Source of the DNA: Spirochaetia bacterium
Lineage (GTDB): Bacteria > Spirochaetota > Spirochaetia > SZUA-6 > Bin103
DNA length: 64,000 nucleotides
Reading direction: 5' to 3'
Assembly (NCBI GenBank): GCA_965208575.1
Contig: CBDBOV010000003.1
Span: forward strand, 1-64,000
Position numbers and translations under genes: made by a program
Shown: positions 55,077-64,000 of the stretch, one piece after another
Layout of the letters: every line of letters begins with the position of its first letter
Position numbering within the stretch: the first letter of the stretch is position 1
The notes under the pieces: generated by a model
Databases searched by the model: none
What the model was told of the DNA's origin: nothing
Seen by the model: only the letters and a program-made list of their open reading frames with translations

Positions 55077-57124
55077 TCAGCGGTCGAACCAGAGTTGGTC
55101 GGCCCAGTACATCAGGTTGCCTTTCCAGTCGGTGTTGGAGACCGGGAACTCGGTGGGCACGTTGCGCAGGTCGTTGTTGGTGAGCAGGACGGCGGGGGCT
55201 TCGCCGACGGTGCCGATCACGAACACGTTGTTGCCGGTGAATTCGAACATCTTCTGAGCCAGCTCGAACCACTCGCCGGAGCCGAACTCGGACAGCCTCA
55301 ACTGGCGCCGCCAGTCCGGAACTGGCGCTGCCAGTCGAAGTAGCGCTTCCATTCCGCGGGCGGCTCGGTGCCCGGCAGCTCGCCGCCGTAGTCGGACAGC
55401 TTGCGTTCGCCGCGCTCGATCAGCCGGCGCGCCTGCTCCCACTCGTCGTAGCTGCCGGTCATGTTGAAGTCGCCGTGCAGGCCGACGCCGCCGGAGCCGG
55501 GACCGTCGTTGATCCAGTTCCAGAACTCGGTGATGGCGTCGATGCCGCCCGGCTGCAGCATGAACTCGTCGGCGGCGATGTTCTCGCCCCAGGCGGCGTC
55601 GTCCACCAGCCGCGGCACCACGCGCAGGTCGACCTCCGCCCACTGCGCGATCTCCAGCTCGAACAGCTTGCTGATGTCCACCGGGCCGCCGGTGCGCGCG
55701 GCGACCTGGATGGTCAGGTTGGAGCCGTCCGGGAAGGTGCGGAAGCCGTCGCGGTCGCGCCCGCTCAGGCCCACTTCGTCGAGCAGGCTGCCCGCCTGTT
55801 CGGGGTCGTGCTCGGCCCACAGCCACTGCCACTCCGGTTTGTAGAAGCGCGCGGTGGAATGGATGGTGGCCGCGGTGGGCCGCCCGAGCCCCAGGAAGTA
55901 CACCTCGTTCAACTCGTCGCGGTCCAGGGCCAGCGACATGGCGCGGCGGAAGCGCACGTCGTTGAACAGCGCGCGGTAGTTCTCCTCCTTGTAGGTGGGG
56001 TTGAACCCGAACGCGCGGCCCACGTCGACGCCGGGAATCAGCGAGATGGTGTAGTTGCCGCGCTCCTCGTTCTCCTTGTAGTCGGGCAGGGAGGCGAAGT
56101 TGGTCATGGTAATCGCCCAGTCCACCTCGCCGGCGATCGCCTTCAGGTTGAACACCTCGGTGTCGGCGCTCGGGGTGGTGAGGATGCCGTCGATGTAGGG
56201 CAGTTGCTGGCCCTCGGGATCGACCTTCCAGAAGTAGGGATTGCGCTCCCAGCGCTCGACCTGGGCGCTGATCTCCTTCGCGATCCACGGCATCATGGTG
56301 GGAGTCTCCAGCCCGACGCCGCGGATAATGTCCCAGTGCGCCACCAGCGCCTCGGCCCAGGTGTCGTAGCCCTCCTCCTCGGCCAGCTTCTGGGCGTCCT
56401 CGTTGTAGCGGATGTGCCACTTCTTGAGATAGTTGCTCGGCGCGTACTGCACGTAGTTGCCGCCCTTCCAGGTGGTCCAGCCGGGAATGACCACGTAGTC
56501 GATCTGCGACATGTGGAACTGCATGGCGTGGTCGTCGATCTTGGTGATGCTGACCGCGGTGGTGGGCGTCTCGCCGGCGCGCCAGCCGGGGTCGACGCGG
56601 TCGTCCCACTTCATGTCTTCCATCACGAACATCAGGTCGTCGACGATGAACGGGTCGCCGTTGGACCACCTGGTGCCGGGGCGCAACTCCAGGGTGACGG
56701 TGAGTCCGTCGTCCGAAACCGCGTAGCCGGCGGCGATGTTGGGCACGATCTCCAGCGTCTCCTGGTGCATGGTCAGCAGGTAGATGTCGAGCATCTGGGT
56801 GGTCATTTCGCCGCCGCGCTGGTTCATGAAGCCGACCGCCTCCGACACCCGCAGCGTGCCGCCGTACCTGCCGACGCCGTCGGCGAGCATGTCCTGCACC
56901 ACCGGGTCGAACGGGATGCGCTCCTCGACCGGCGGCAACTCGCCCGCGGCAACCCGCGCCGCCAGCATCGGCGCCTCGCTGAACCGCCCGCCCATCGCCG
57001 CACCGGCCCCGGCGGAAGCGCCCTGCTCCGCCTCGCCGGTAGCGAACGCCGCCACCGGCAGCGCCAGCAGCAGGACGCCCGCCGCCAGCCATCGCCACCT
57101 CATCCCGATCTTTGCCACAGACAC
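55077..57124 (-). pseudogene. ABC substrate-binding protein family 5, copy 2, with the same 20-bp frameshifting duplication (premature stop at 55298)
   Basis: Near-identical to copy 1; duplication at 55297-55336; intact tail to 55077. Confidence 0.88.
55297..55336. repeat. Same imperfect 20-bp tandem duplication as in copy 1
   Basis: Identical to the 40-mer at 52201-52240. Confidence 0.93.
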
Positions 57125-57136
57125 GCTCTGGCCCCG

Positions 57137-57164
57137 ATTGTATCACACTTGGGCCGGCGGTCAA
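57137..57164 (-). promoter_or_regulatory. Sigma70 promoter of SBP copy 2
   Basis: TTGACC-16-TACAAT with extended -10 TG. Confidence 0.7.
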
Positions 57165-57473
57165 CGGCTGCGACGCTGCCACGCATTACGGCGCCACGGC
57201 CGGGGTAGGGATTGATCCGAGAACTACCGCGTCCACGTTTTCGCGCAGCCAGGCGGGGTGGTCCGCCGGCGATGGCCATCGAGGCTCGGCACCGAGACGC
57301 CCGATCGTTGCCGCAATCGGGTGAAGCATGAACTTGACACTGCCGTTGGCGGACTACGTTCGGTGCCCAGCCCGATGGCGAACGAGGGGCAGCGGAGCAA
57401 CTGGCACGGGCGAGCCGGAGAAGGCGAATCGGCCAGCCGCGCGACAAGTACTTCCAGCGGGGTGTTCTCGAGA

Positions 57474-57986
57474 TCACACACTGCTCTGCGAGCTCAACCG
57501 AATGATCGGGGAATTCGGAAAACTGAGGTTCCACGTTTGCATGTTGAACACGCCAACACGGCGCACGAGAGGTCTCCGCCACTTCTGGCCCTTGGGCCCA
57601 AGACGAGGAAGCTTTCTTCTCAATTCGGTGTGTCTTTGGAGCAACAGGGGTTTCGGAATACCGGTGATTATCACGAAGTAGTCTATCGGCTTGGCGGCCT
57701 TACCGGAGGCCCATTCATAGAGAAATGTATCGCGAAACTTGTACGTGAGCGAGTCGTCAAGAACACCGCTCTTGAACTCGCCCATGAAGCGCTTTAAACT
57801 GGGAACTGATGTCTGTGGGTTGCGGGGGTCCTTCAGTTCGATGAACTGATAGTGCCGCTGCATCTCGACAACGAAGTCGACAGCCTTCATGCAGTGACTG
57901 AGTCCGTGCACAAGAGGGTCGTCGAATCTACGCGCGTTCAGCGGGTTATTGAACGTAATCTGCAGGTCCCCCTCTACCAGGGTCAC
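57474..57986 (-). CDS. Hypothetical protein with PD-(D/E)xK-like nuclease motif, partner of the ATPase
   Basis: MKAVDFVVE...FIELKDP...KFRDTFLY; GTGA overlap with the ATPase stop. Confidence 0.7.
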   Translation of the reverse strand: MTLVEGDLQITFNNPLNARRFDDPLVHGLSHCMKAVDFVVEMQRHYQFIELKDPRNPQTSVPSLKRFMGEFKSGVLDDSLTYKFRDTFLYEWASGKAAKPIDYFVIITGIPKPLLLQRHTELRRKLPRLGPKGQKWRRPLVRRVGVFNMQTWNLSFPNSPIIRLSSQSSV

Positions 57987-59005
57987 GGCGTCTGTGCTCC
58001 GATTGTCCGCTCGATCTCCCGGTCATAGAGGTCGTCGAATGTAGCGGCAATCGCATTGGGATCGATGTAATCGAACTGGGCGGTCGAGTGACACATGATG
58101 TCACCCGTGTCAACGTCACGGTACAGTGAATGGTACATTATCTGGTCACCCTCCTCAGTGCGTAGGTCAAGTTCCTTGAGAATGACGTAGTCGTGGGTAG
58201 CCAGCAGTACTTGGAGACCGGTGCGCTGCAACTCCAGCAGAACGTCGATAACGGTGCCGAACAGCCCCGGATTCAGGTTCGTTTCCGGTTCGTCCCACAT
58301 TAGCACGGTGCCATCCCGGAGAGTGCCATTCTGGACAAGTATCCAGAGCAAGGCCAGTTTGCGTGTACCTTCTGCGAGGAGCGAGAACTCGATATTCCCG
58401 TGTCTGCTGGAAAGAAAGAACTCTTCATTCTTTACCGTGACGCGACCACCTATTGCCTTATTGAAGGTACGAAGAACACGCTTGTGAACGGCGTCGACAG
58501 ACTCGCGTAGTGGCGGGACATATGCACGATCGATAATATCTGCGTAGGTGTCGTCGAAGTGTATCTCTCGGGAGGCATGGAGGGAACGGAACCCCGGTGC
58601 GTTCGCGAGCAATTCCTTGACGGGTATGTAAACGCTATTGAGAGGATCGGTGCGCCAAATCCGCGCACGTTGTGCCTTAAGTGACGATGTAGAAGTGGTG
58701 TGGTTGGAGAACTTCAGGACCATCCTGTGCGTTCCCCGAAATACTCTTATGGTTGCGCTATTGCTGCCACTCTTTCGAGTGACAAGTCGACCTATGGAAC
58801 TACCGGACGGAAGAAATACTCGCACGAGTTTTTCGGCAAACCGAGAGTCCTGTCGGTATGCTTCGCAAGCAGCGTAGCACACCTTCATGAGATGAGTCTT
58901 GCCAGTACCGTTGGCTCCTAGCACGACGTTGATTCCTGGCGAAAGGTCAAGTGCAAGTTTGGAAAATGCGGTGAAGTTCTCCAGTTCTATTCTCGTTAGT
59001 GGCAC
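57983..59005 (-). CDS. ABC-type (AAA_21/AbiEii-like) ATPase
   Basis: Walker A GANGTGKT, degenerate signature LAEG.RKL, Walker B LMWDEPE, H-loop ATHD; GGAGG before GTG 59005. Confidence 0.88.
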   Translation of the reverse strand: MPLTRIELENFTAFSKLALDLSPGINVVLGANGTGKTHLMKVCYAACEAYRQDSRFAEKLVRVFLPSGSSIGRLVTRKSGSNSATIRVFRGTHRMVLKFSNHTTSTSSLKAQRARIWRTDPLNSVYIPVKELLANAPGFRSLHASREIHFDDTYADIIDRAYVPPLRESVDAVHKRVLRTFNKAIGGRVTVKNEEFFLSSRHGNIEFSLLAEGTRKLALLWILVQNGTLRDGTVLMWDEPETNLNPGLFGTVIDVLLELQRTGLQVLLATHDYVILKELDLRTEEGDQIMYHSLYRDVDTGDIMCHSTAQFDYIDPNAIAATFDDLYDREIERTIGAQTP

Positions 59006-59145
59006 GTAATTGCCTCCACTCGGATGTGCGCTCCCAGCACCAAAGGTCAAGCACCGGTGTACCGGGTTGCCGGGCACCAGGAACGGCGACAACCCTCACA
59101 ACCGGACTGGGAGCGCTCAGACGCTTCCGGGCAGCGCGGGATTCG

Positions 59146-61164
59146 CTAGCGGTCGAACCAGAGTTGGTCGGCCCAGTACATGAGGTTGCCTTTCCAGTCG
59201 GTGTTGGAGACCGGGAACTCGGTGGGCACGTTGCGCAGGTCGTTGTTGGTGAGCAGGACGGCGGGGGCTTCGCCGACGGTGCCGATCACGAACACGTTGT
59301 TGCCGGTGAATTCGAACATCTTCTGGGCCAGCTCGAACCACTCGTCGGAGCCGAACTCGGACAGCCGGAACTGGCGCTGCCAGTCGAAGTAGCGCTTCCA
59401 TTCCGCGGGCGGCTCGGTGCCCGGCAGCTCGCCGCCGTAGTCGGACAGCTTGCGTTCGCCGCGCTCGATCAGCCGGCGCGCCTGCTCCCACTCGTCGTAG
59501 CTGCCGGTCATGTTGAAGTCGCCGTGCAGGCCGACGCCGCCGGAGCCGGGGCCGTCGTTGATCCAGTTCCAGAACTCGGTGATGGCGTCGATGCCGCCCG
59601 GCTGCAGCATGAACTCGTCGGCGGCGATGTTCTCGCCCCAGGCGGCGTCGTCCACCAGCCGCGGCACCACGCGCAGGTCGACCTCCGCCCACTGCGCGAT
59701 CTCCAACTCGAACAGCTTGCTGATGTCCACCGGGCCGCCGGTGCGCGCGGCGACCTGGATGGTCAGGTTGGAGCCGTCCGGGAAGGTGCGGAAGCCGTCG
59801 CGGTCGCGCCCGCTCAGGCCCACTTCGTCGAGCAGGCTGCCCGCCTGTTCGGGGTCGTGCTCGGCCCACAGCCACTGCCACTCCGGTTTGTAGAAGCGCG
59901 CGGTGGAATGGATGGTGGCCGCGGTGGGCCGCCCGAGCCCCAGGAAGTACACCTCGTTCAACTCGTCGCGGTCCAGCGCCAGCGACATGGCGCGGCGGAA
60001 GCGCACGTCGTTGAACAGCGCGCGGTAGTTCTCCTCCTTGTAGGTGGGGTTGAACCCGAACGCGCGGCCCACGTCGACGCCGGGAATCAGCGAGATGGTG
60101 TAGTTGCCGCGCTCCTCGTTCTCCTTGTAGTCGGGCAGGGAGGCGAAGTTGGTCATGGTAATCGCCCAGTCCACCTCGCCGGCGATCGCCTTCAGGTTGA
60201 ACACCTCGGTGTCGGCGCTCGGCGTGGTGAGGATGCCGTCGATGTAGGGCAGTTGCTGGCCCTCGGGATCGACCTTCCAGAAGTAGGGATTGCGCTCCCA
60301 GTGCTCGACCTGGGCGCTGATCTCCTTCGCGATCCACGGCATCATGGTGGGAGTCTCCAGGCCGACGCCGCGGATAATGTCCCAGTGCGCCACCAGCGCC
60401 TCGGCCCAGGTGTCGTAGCCCTCCTCCTCGGCCAGCTTCTGGGCGTCCTCGTTGTAGCGGATGTGCCACTTCTTGAGATAGTTGCTCGGCGCGTACTGCA
60501 CGTAGTTGCCGCCCTTCCAGGTAGTCCAGCCGGGAATGACCACGTAGTCGATCTGCGACATGTGGAACTGCATGGCGTGGTCGTCGATCTTGGTGATGCT
60601 GACCGCGGTGGTGGGCGTCTCGCCGGCGCGCCAGCCGGGGTCGACGCGGTCGTCCCACTTCATGTCTTCCATCACGAACATCAGGTCGTCGACGATGAAC
60701 GGGTCGCCGTTGGACCACCTGGTGCCGGGGCGCAACTCCAGGGTGACGGTGAGTCCGTCGTCCGAAACCGCGTAACCGGCGGCGATGTTGGGCACGATCT
60801 CCAGCGTCTCCTGGTGCATGGTCAGCAGGTAGATGTCGAGCATCTGGGTGGTCATTTCGCCGCCGCGCTGGTTCATGAAGCCGACCGCCTCCGATACCCG
60901 CAGCGTGCCGCCGTACCTGCCGACGCCGTCGGCGAGCATCTCCTGCACCACCGGATCGAACGGGATGCGCTCCTCGACCGGCGGCAACTCGCCCGCGGCA
61001 ACCCGCGCCGCCAGCATCGGCGCCTCGCTGAACCGCCCGCCCATCGCTGCACCGGCCCCGGCGGAAGCGCTCTGCTCCGCCTCGCCGGTCGCGAACACCA
61101 CCACCGGCGCGAGCAGCAGGACACCCGCCGCCAGCCATCGCCACAACATCCCGATCTTGCCCAT
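59146..61164 (-). CDS. ABC substrate-binding protein family 5, copy 3, intact (672 aa)
   Basis: Same motifs as copies 1 and 2; single 20-bp unit at 59366-59385; uninterrupted frame. Confidence 0.92.
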   Translation of the reverse strand: MGKIGMLWRWLAAGVLLLAPVVVFATGEAEQSASAGAGAAMGGRFSEAPMLAARVAAGELPPVEERIPFDPVVQEMLADGVGRYGGTLRVSEAVGFMNQRGGEMTTQMLDIYLLTMHQETLEIVPNIAAGYAVSDDGLTVTLELRPGTRWSNGDPFIVDDLMFVMEDMKWDDRVDPGWRAGETPTTAVSITKIDDHAMQFHMSQIDYVVIPGWTTWKGGNYVQYAPSNYLKKWHIRYNEDAQKLAEEEGYDTWAEALVAHWDIIRGVGLETPTMMPWIAKEISAQVEHWERNPYFWKVDPEGQQLPYIDGILTTPSADTEVFNLKAIAGEVDWAITMTNFASLPDYKENEERGNYTISLIPGVDVGRAFGFNPTYKEENYRALFNDVRFRRAMSLALDRDELNEVYFLGLGRPTAATIHSTARFYKPEWQWLWAEHDPEQAGSLLDEVGLSGRDRDGFRTFPDGSNLTIQVAARTGGPVDISKLFELEIAQWAEVDLRVVPRLVDDAAWGENIAADEFMLQPGGIDAITEFWNWINDGPGSGGVGLHGDFNMTGSYDEWEQARRLIERGERKLSDYGGELPGTEPPAEWKRYFDWQRQFRLSEFGSDEWFELAQKMFEFTGNNVFVIGTVGEAPAVLLTNNDLRNVPTEFPVSNTDWKGNLMYWADQLWFDR

Positions 61165-61182
61165 GTCCACCCTCAAGATGAC

Positions 61183-61210
61183 ATCATAACGGACCACCCG
61201 CGCCCGTCAA
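61183..61210 (-). promoter_or_regulatory. Sigma70 promoter of SBP copy 3
   Basis: TTGACG-16-TATGAT, then GAGG and ATG 61164. Confidence 0.65.
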
Positions 61211-61253
61211 CCGGTCGTCGCGATCCGCCGCGGTCGCGGCTCGGCTGGGCGGT

Positions 61254-61904
61254 TCAGGAGCCGCTGGCCAGGTAGGGGGAGGACTCGTCGACGAACGCGC
61301 GCCACAGTTGGTACTTGGGGTTCTGCAGGCGCTCGGCCACGGTCGGGTTGGTGCGCGGCTTGGTGGGCTTGCGGCGCAGGCGCATGTTGGCGCCCTGCGG
61401 GGTACGGCCGCCCTTGCGGGAGTTGCACGGCACACAGGCGCTGACCAGGTTGTCCCAGGTGTCGCGGCCGCCCTGCGAACGCGGCACGATGTGATCCACG
61501 GTAAGGTCGCGGGTGGTGAACCGCTTGCCGCAGTAGTGGCAGCGGAACAGGTCGCGGGCGTGGATGTTGCGCCGCGTCAGGCGCACCTCGCGCTGCGGGC
61601 GCCCGGTGTAGTGCAGCAGGCGGATCACGCGCGGCACGGCAATCGCCAGGCGCGGCGTGTGCACCCAGTCGGGCGGTTCGTGGCCGTTGCCGTGCCGCGG
61701 CGGATTGTTGGAACGCACCAGGTCCGACCACAGCATCCACGCCGCCAGGTCGTAGGTCCGGAACTGCCCGTCGTCCGTGGTAACGACTTCGGCCGCCTCC
61801 CGGATGAGCAGAATGAACGCACGGCGGGCGTTGGTGATGCGGATCGCGGTGTATCCGCTGTTCAGGACCAGCACGTTGGATTCGAGAATTGCCAGCTTGC
61901 CCAC
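61254..61904 (-). CDS. HNH endonuclease (McrA-like)
   Basis: VLVLN..Y, VPRVIRL, TRRNI.ARD...CHYCG, TVDHIVPRSQGG..TWDNLVSAC..CN.RKG. Confidence 0.92.
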   Translation of the reverse strand: MGKLAILESNVLVLNSGYTAIRITNARRAFILLIREAAEVVTTDDGQFRTYDLAAWMLWSDLVRSNNPPRHGNGHEPPDWVHTPRLAIAVPRVIRLLHYTGRPQREVRLTRRNIHARDLFRCHYCGKRFTTRDLTVDHIVPRSQGGRDTWDNLVSACVPCNSRKGGRTPQGANMRLRRKPTKPRTNPTVAERLQNPKYQLWRAFVDESSPYLASGS

Positions 61905-61984
61905 GACGCCTCGCTCGGCGGTGATCTAGACACGTTTGCCGATTCAAGTCGATACCGCCGCCGTATCGGGTGTACCATCGGCGC

Positions 61985-63088
61985 ATGGCCGATCCCCGTT
62001 ATCAGCGTCTCGCCGACGTTATCGTGCACCATGCCTGCCGGGTGACCGCGGGCGACAAGGTGCTCATCGAGGCCTTCGACATGCCGGAGCGGTTTCTCGT
62101 GGTGCTCATCGACACGGTGGCCGCCGCCGGCGGCCATCCCCTGTGCATGACCAAGAGCAACCGCGTGCTGCGCGCGCTGTACCGCAACGCCACCGAGCAG
62201 CAGATGGCGGTGTGGGGCAGCGTCGAACGGCGCCAGATGGAGCAGGTGCAGTGCTACGTGGGCCTGCGCGGCAGCCTCAACAGCACCGAACTCGGCGACG
62301 TGCCGCACGACCGCTATGCCCATTACTCGCGCCACGTGTGGCACGCCGTGCACACCTCGCTGCGGATCAAGAACACGCGCTGGGTGGTGCTGCGCTGGCC
62401 GACGCCGTCGATGGCGCAGCAGGCGCAGATGAGCACGGACGCGTTCGAGGACTTCTACTTCGACGTGTGCACGGTCGACTACCCGGCGATGGCGCGCTCC
62501 ATGGAGCCGCTGCGCGAATTGATGGAGCGCACCGACCGGGTGCGCATCCAAGGGCCGGGAACCGACCTGAGCTTCTCGATCCGGGACATCCCGGTGGTGG
62601 GCTGCTCGGGCGAGCGCAACATTCCCGACGGCGAGATGTTCACCAGTCCGGTACGCGACTCCGTGCACGGCACGCTTGCGATCAACACCCCCAGCCTGAA
62701 CCGCGGCATCGTGTTCGACGGCATCCGCCTCGAGTTCGACAACGGCCGCATCGTGGCGGCGGACGCCAATCATCGCGGCGACCTGAACCGGATTCTGGAC
62801 ACCGACGACGGTGCGCGCTACGTGGGCGAGTTTTCGCTCGGGTTCAACCCGCGCATCATGCAGCCCATGCTCGATACCCTGTTCGACGAGAAGATCGCCG
62901 GATCGTTCCACTTCACGCCGGGCCAGGCGTACGAGGAGGCGGACAACGGCAACCGCTCCGAGGTGCATTGGGACCTGGTGGTGATTCAGCGCCCCGAGTT
63001 CGGCGGCGGCGAGATCTGGTTCGACGATCGCCTGATCCGCAAGGACGGGTTGTTCGTGGTGGACGAGCTGCTGGCGCTCAACCCATAG
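61985..63088 (+). CDS. Aminopeptidase, M29 (AmpS/AmpT) family
   Basis: GPGTDL, NIPDGE.F..P, GARYVGEF, LFDEKIAGSFH, N.SEVHWD. Confidence 0.92.
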   Translation: MADPRYQRLADVIVHHACRVTAGDKVLIEAFDMPERFLVVLIDTVAAAGGHPLCMTKSNRVLRALYRNATEQQMAVWGSVERRQMEQVQCYVGLRGSLNSTELGDVPHDRYAHYSRHVWHAVHTSLRIKNTRWVVLRWPTPSMAQQAQMSTDAFEDFYFDVCTVDYPAMARSMEPLRELMERTDRVRIQGPGTDLSFSIRDIPVVGCSGERNIPDGEMFTSPVRDSVHGTLAINTPSLNRGIVFDGIRLEFDNGRIVAADANHRGDLNRILDTDDGARYVGEFSLGFNPRIMQPMLDTLFDEKIAGSFHFTPGQAYEEADNGNRSEVHWDLVVIQRPEFGGGEIWFDDRLIRKDGLFVVDELLALNP

Positions 63089-63208
63089 ATGCCCTGGCCG
63101 GCGACCGCCGCCGGCTGGAGGAGATTCTGGCCCGCTATTGCCGCCGCTTCCTGGGAGCGGCCGGCCACCGGCCCGAACTCGGGGCCGCGATCCGGGGATT
63201 GCAGTGCG

Positions 63209-64000
63209 CTACCCGGCGTGCGGTGCCTGTTCGTCCGGCGCGCCGGATCCTGGAGCGCCGCCGTCCGGCGCTGCATCGTCCACGGCGTGTTCGCCGTCCG
63301 TGCCGTTCGGGTCCCCGTGGCGCACCGCGAACTGTTCCCACAGGATCACCGCCAGGGTGGCGATCACCGGTCCGACGATGAAGCCGATCAGGCCCAGCCA
63401 CACCAGGCCGCCGAGCGTCGACACCAGCACCAGCGCCGGGTGCAGGCCGGCGCGGTCGCCCACCAGCTTGGGCCGGATCAGGTTCTGGCTCACCACGGTG
63501 CCGGCCACGCCCACGGCGATCAGCCCGATGCCGCGGCCCACGTCGCCGAGAATGATGGCGATGATGCCGGCCGGCACGATGATGACGTTGATGCCGAGCA
63601 GCGGGAGCACCGACATGATCACCATGACCACGCCCCACAGGGTGGGCGACGGGAAGCCGAACACCGCGAACAGTACCGCTCCGAAGGTGCCTTCGATGAT
63701 GCCGATGAACAGGGTGCCGAGCACGGTGGCGTCCAGCGTGTTGGCGGCACGCTGCAGCAGTTCGCGGGAGTGCGCGCGGTCGAGCGGCAGCAGGCGGTAC
63801 ACGTACTGGATCAGCTTCTCGCCGTCGACCAGCAGGTAGATCACCAGGTAGATCACCACCACGCCGCGCAACGCGATGCCGGCGGCGCTCTGCAGGGCGG
63901 CGCGCGACGCGCTCAACGCCTGCGCGGCGGCGTCGCCGATCAGCGCCGAGATGCGCTCCTCGATCTGGTACTCCGCCATCAACTCCCGCACGCCCGGCAG
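63209..64000 (-). CDS. AI-2E family transporter (5'-truncated by window edge)
   Basis: YLLVDG, NLIRPKLVG...LHP.LVLVSTLGGL...G.IGFIVGPVI. Confidence 0.9.
   Translation of the reverse strand: MPGVRELMAEYQIEERISALIGDAAAQALSASRAALQSAAGIALRGVVVIYLVIYLLVDGEKLIQYVYRLLPLDRAHSRELLQRAANTLDATVLGTLFIGIIEGTFGAVLFAVFGFPSPTLWGVVMVIMSVLPLLGINVIIVPAGIIAIILGDVGRGIGLIAVGVAGTVVSQNLIRPKLVGDRAGLHPALVLVSTLGGLVWLGLIGFIVGPVIATLAVILWEQFAVRHGDPNGTDGEHAVDDAAPDGGAPGSGAPDEQAPHAG

Noticed and set aside
51825-59146. Classical integron
   Set aside because: No tyrosine integrase and no repeated attC sites with RYYYAAC/GTTRRRY ends; cassettes point in both directions.
51981-61164. SBP triplication as a pure assembly duplication
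   Set aside because: Each copy has private, mostly synonymous substitutions, a distinct signal peptide and distinct flanks. Mis-ordering of real copies still needs long reads to exclude.
51981-61164. Diversity-generating retroelement
   Set aside because: No reverse transcriptase in the window, and differences are spread over 2 kb rather than confined to adenines in a short variable repeat.

Overview
This is a GC-rich bacterial chromosome segment. The order rpoD - C4 zinc-ribbon - rnpB - TPR - mreBCD-mrdA-rodA suggests Spirochaetota (inference from synteny). 1-11.8 kb: housekeeping core, ending with a convergent glmS. 11.9-27 kb: accessory genes (GNAT/methyltransferase fusion, cysQ, single-chain two-component hybrid, three-lipoprotein arylsulfotransferase/Calx-beta operon, IS1634, plant-type glucuronokinase homolog). 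27-31 kb: collapsed defence and toxin-antitoxin remnants. 31.3-50.3 kb: lower-GC Wzx/Wzy surface-polysaccharide locus, followed by an ISKra4/ISLre2-like IS. The most unusual structure is at 51.8-61.2 kb: three roughly 99%-identical, orphan family-5 ABC substrate-binding (SBP) genes in direct repeat. Each has its own promoter and is followed at its stop codon by a different nuclease/defence-type cassette (NYN remnant; MNT-like/HEPN pair; ABC-ATPase plus PD-(D/E)xK-like pair). Two of the three copies carry the same palindromic 20-bp imperfect duplication, which frameshifts off an otherwise intact 72-aa C-terminus. All calls come from motif recognition by eye; no searches were run.
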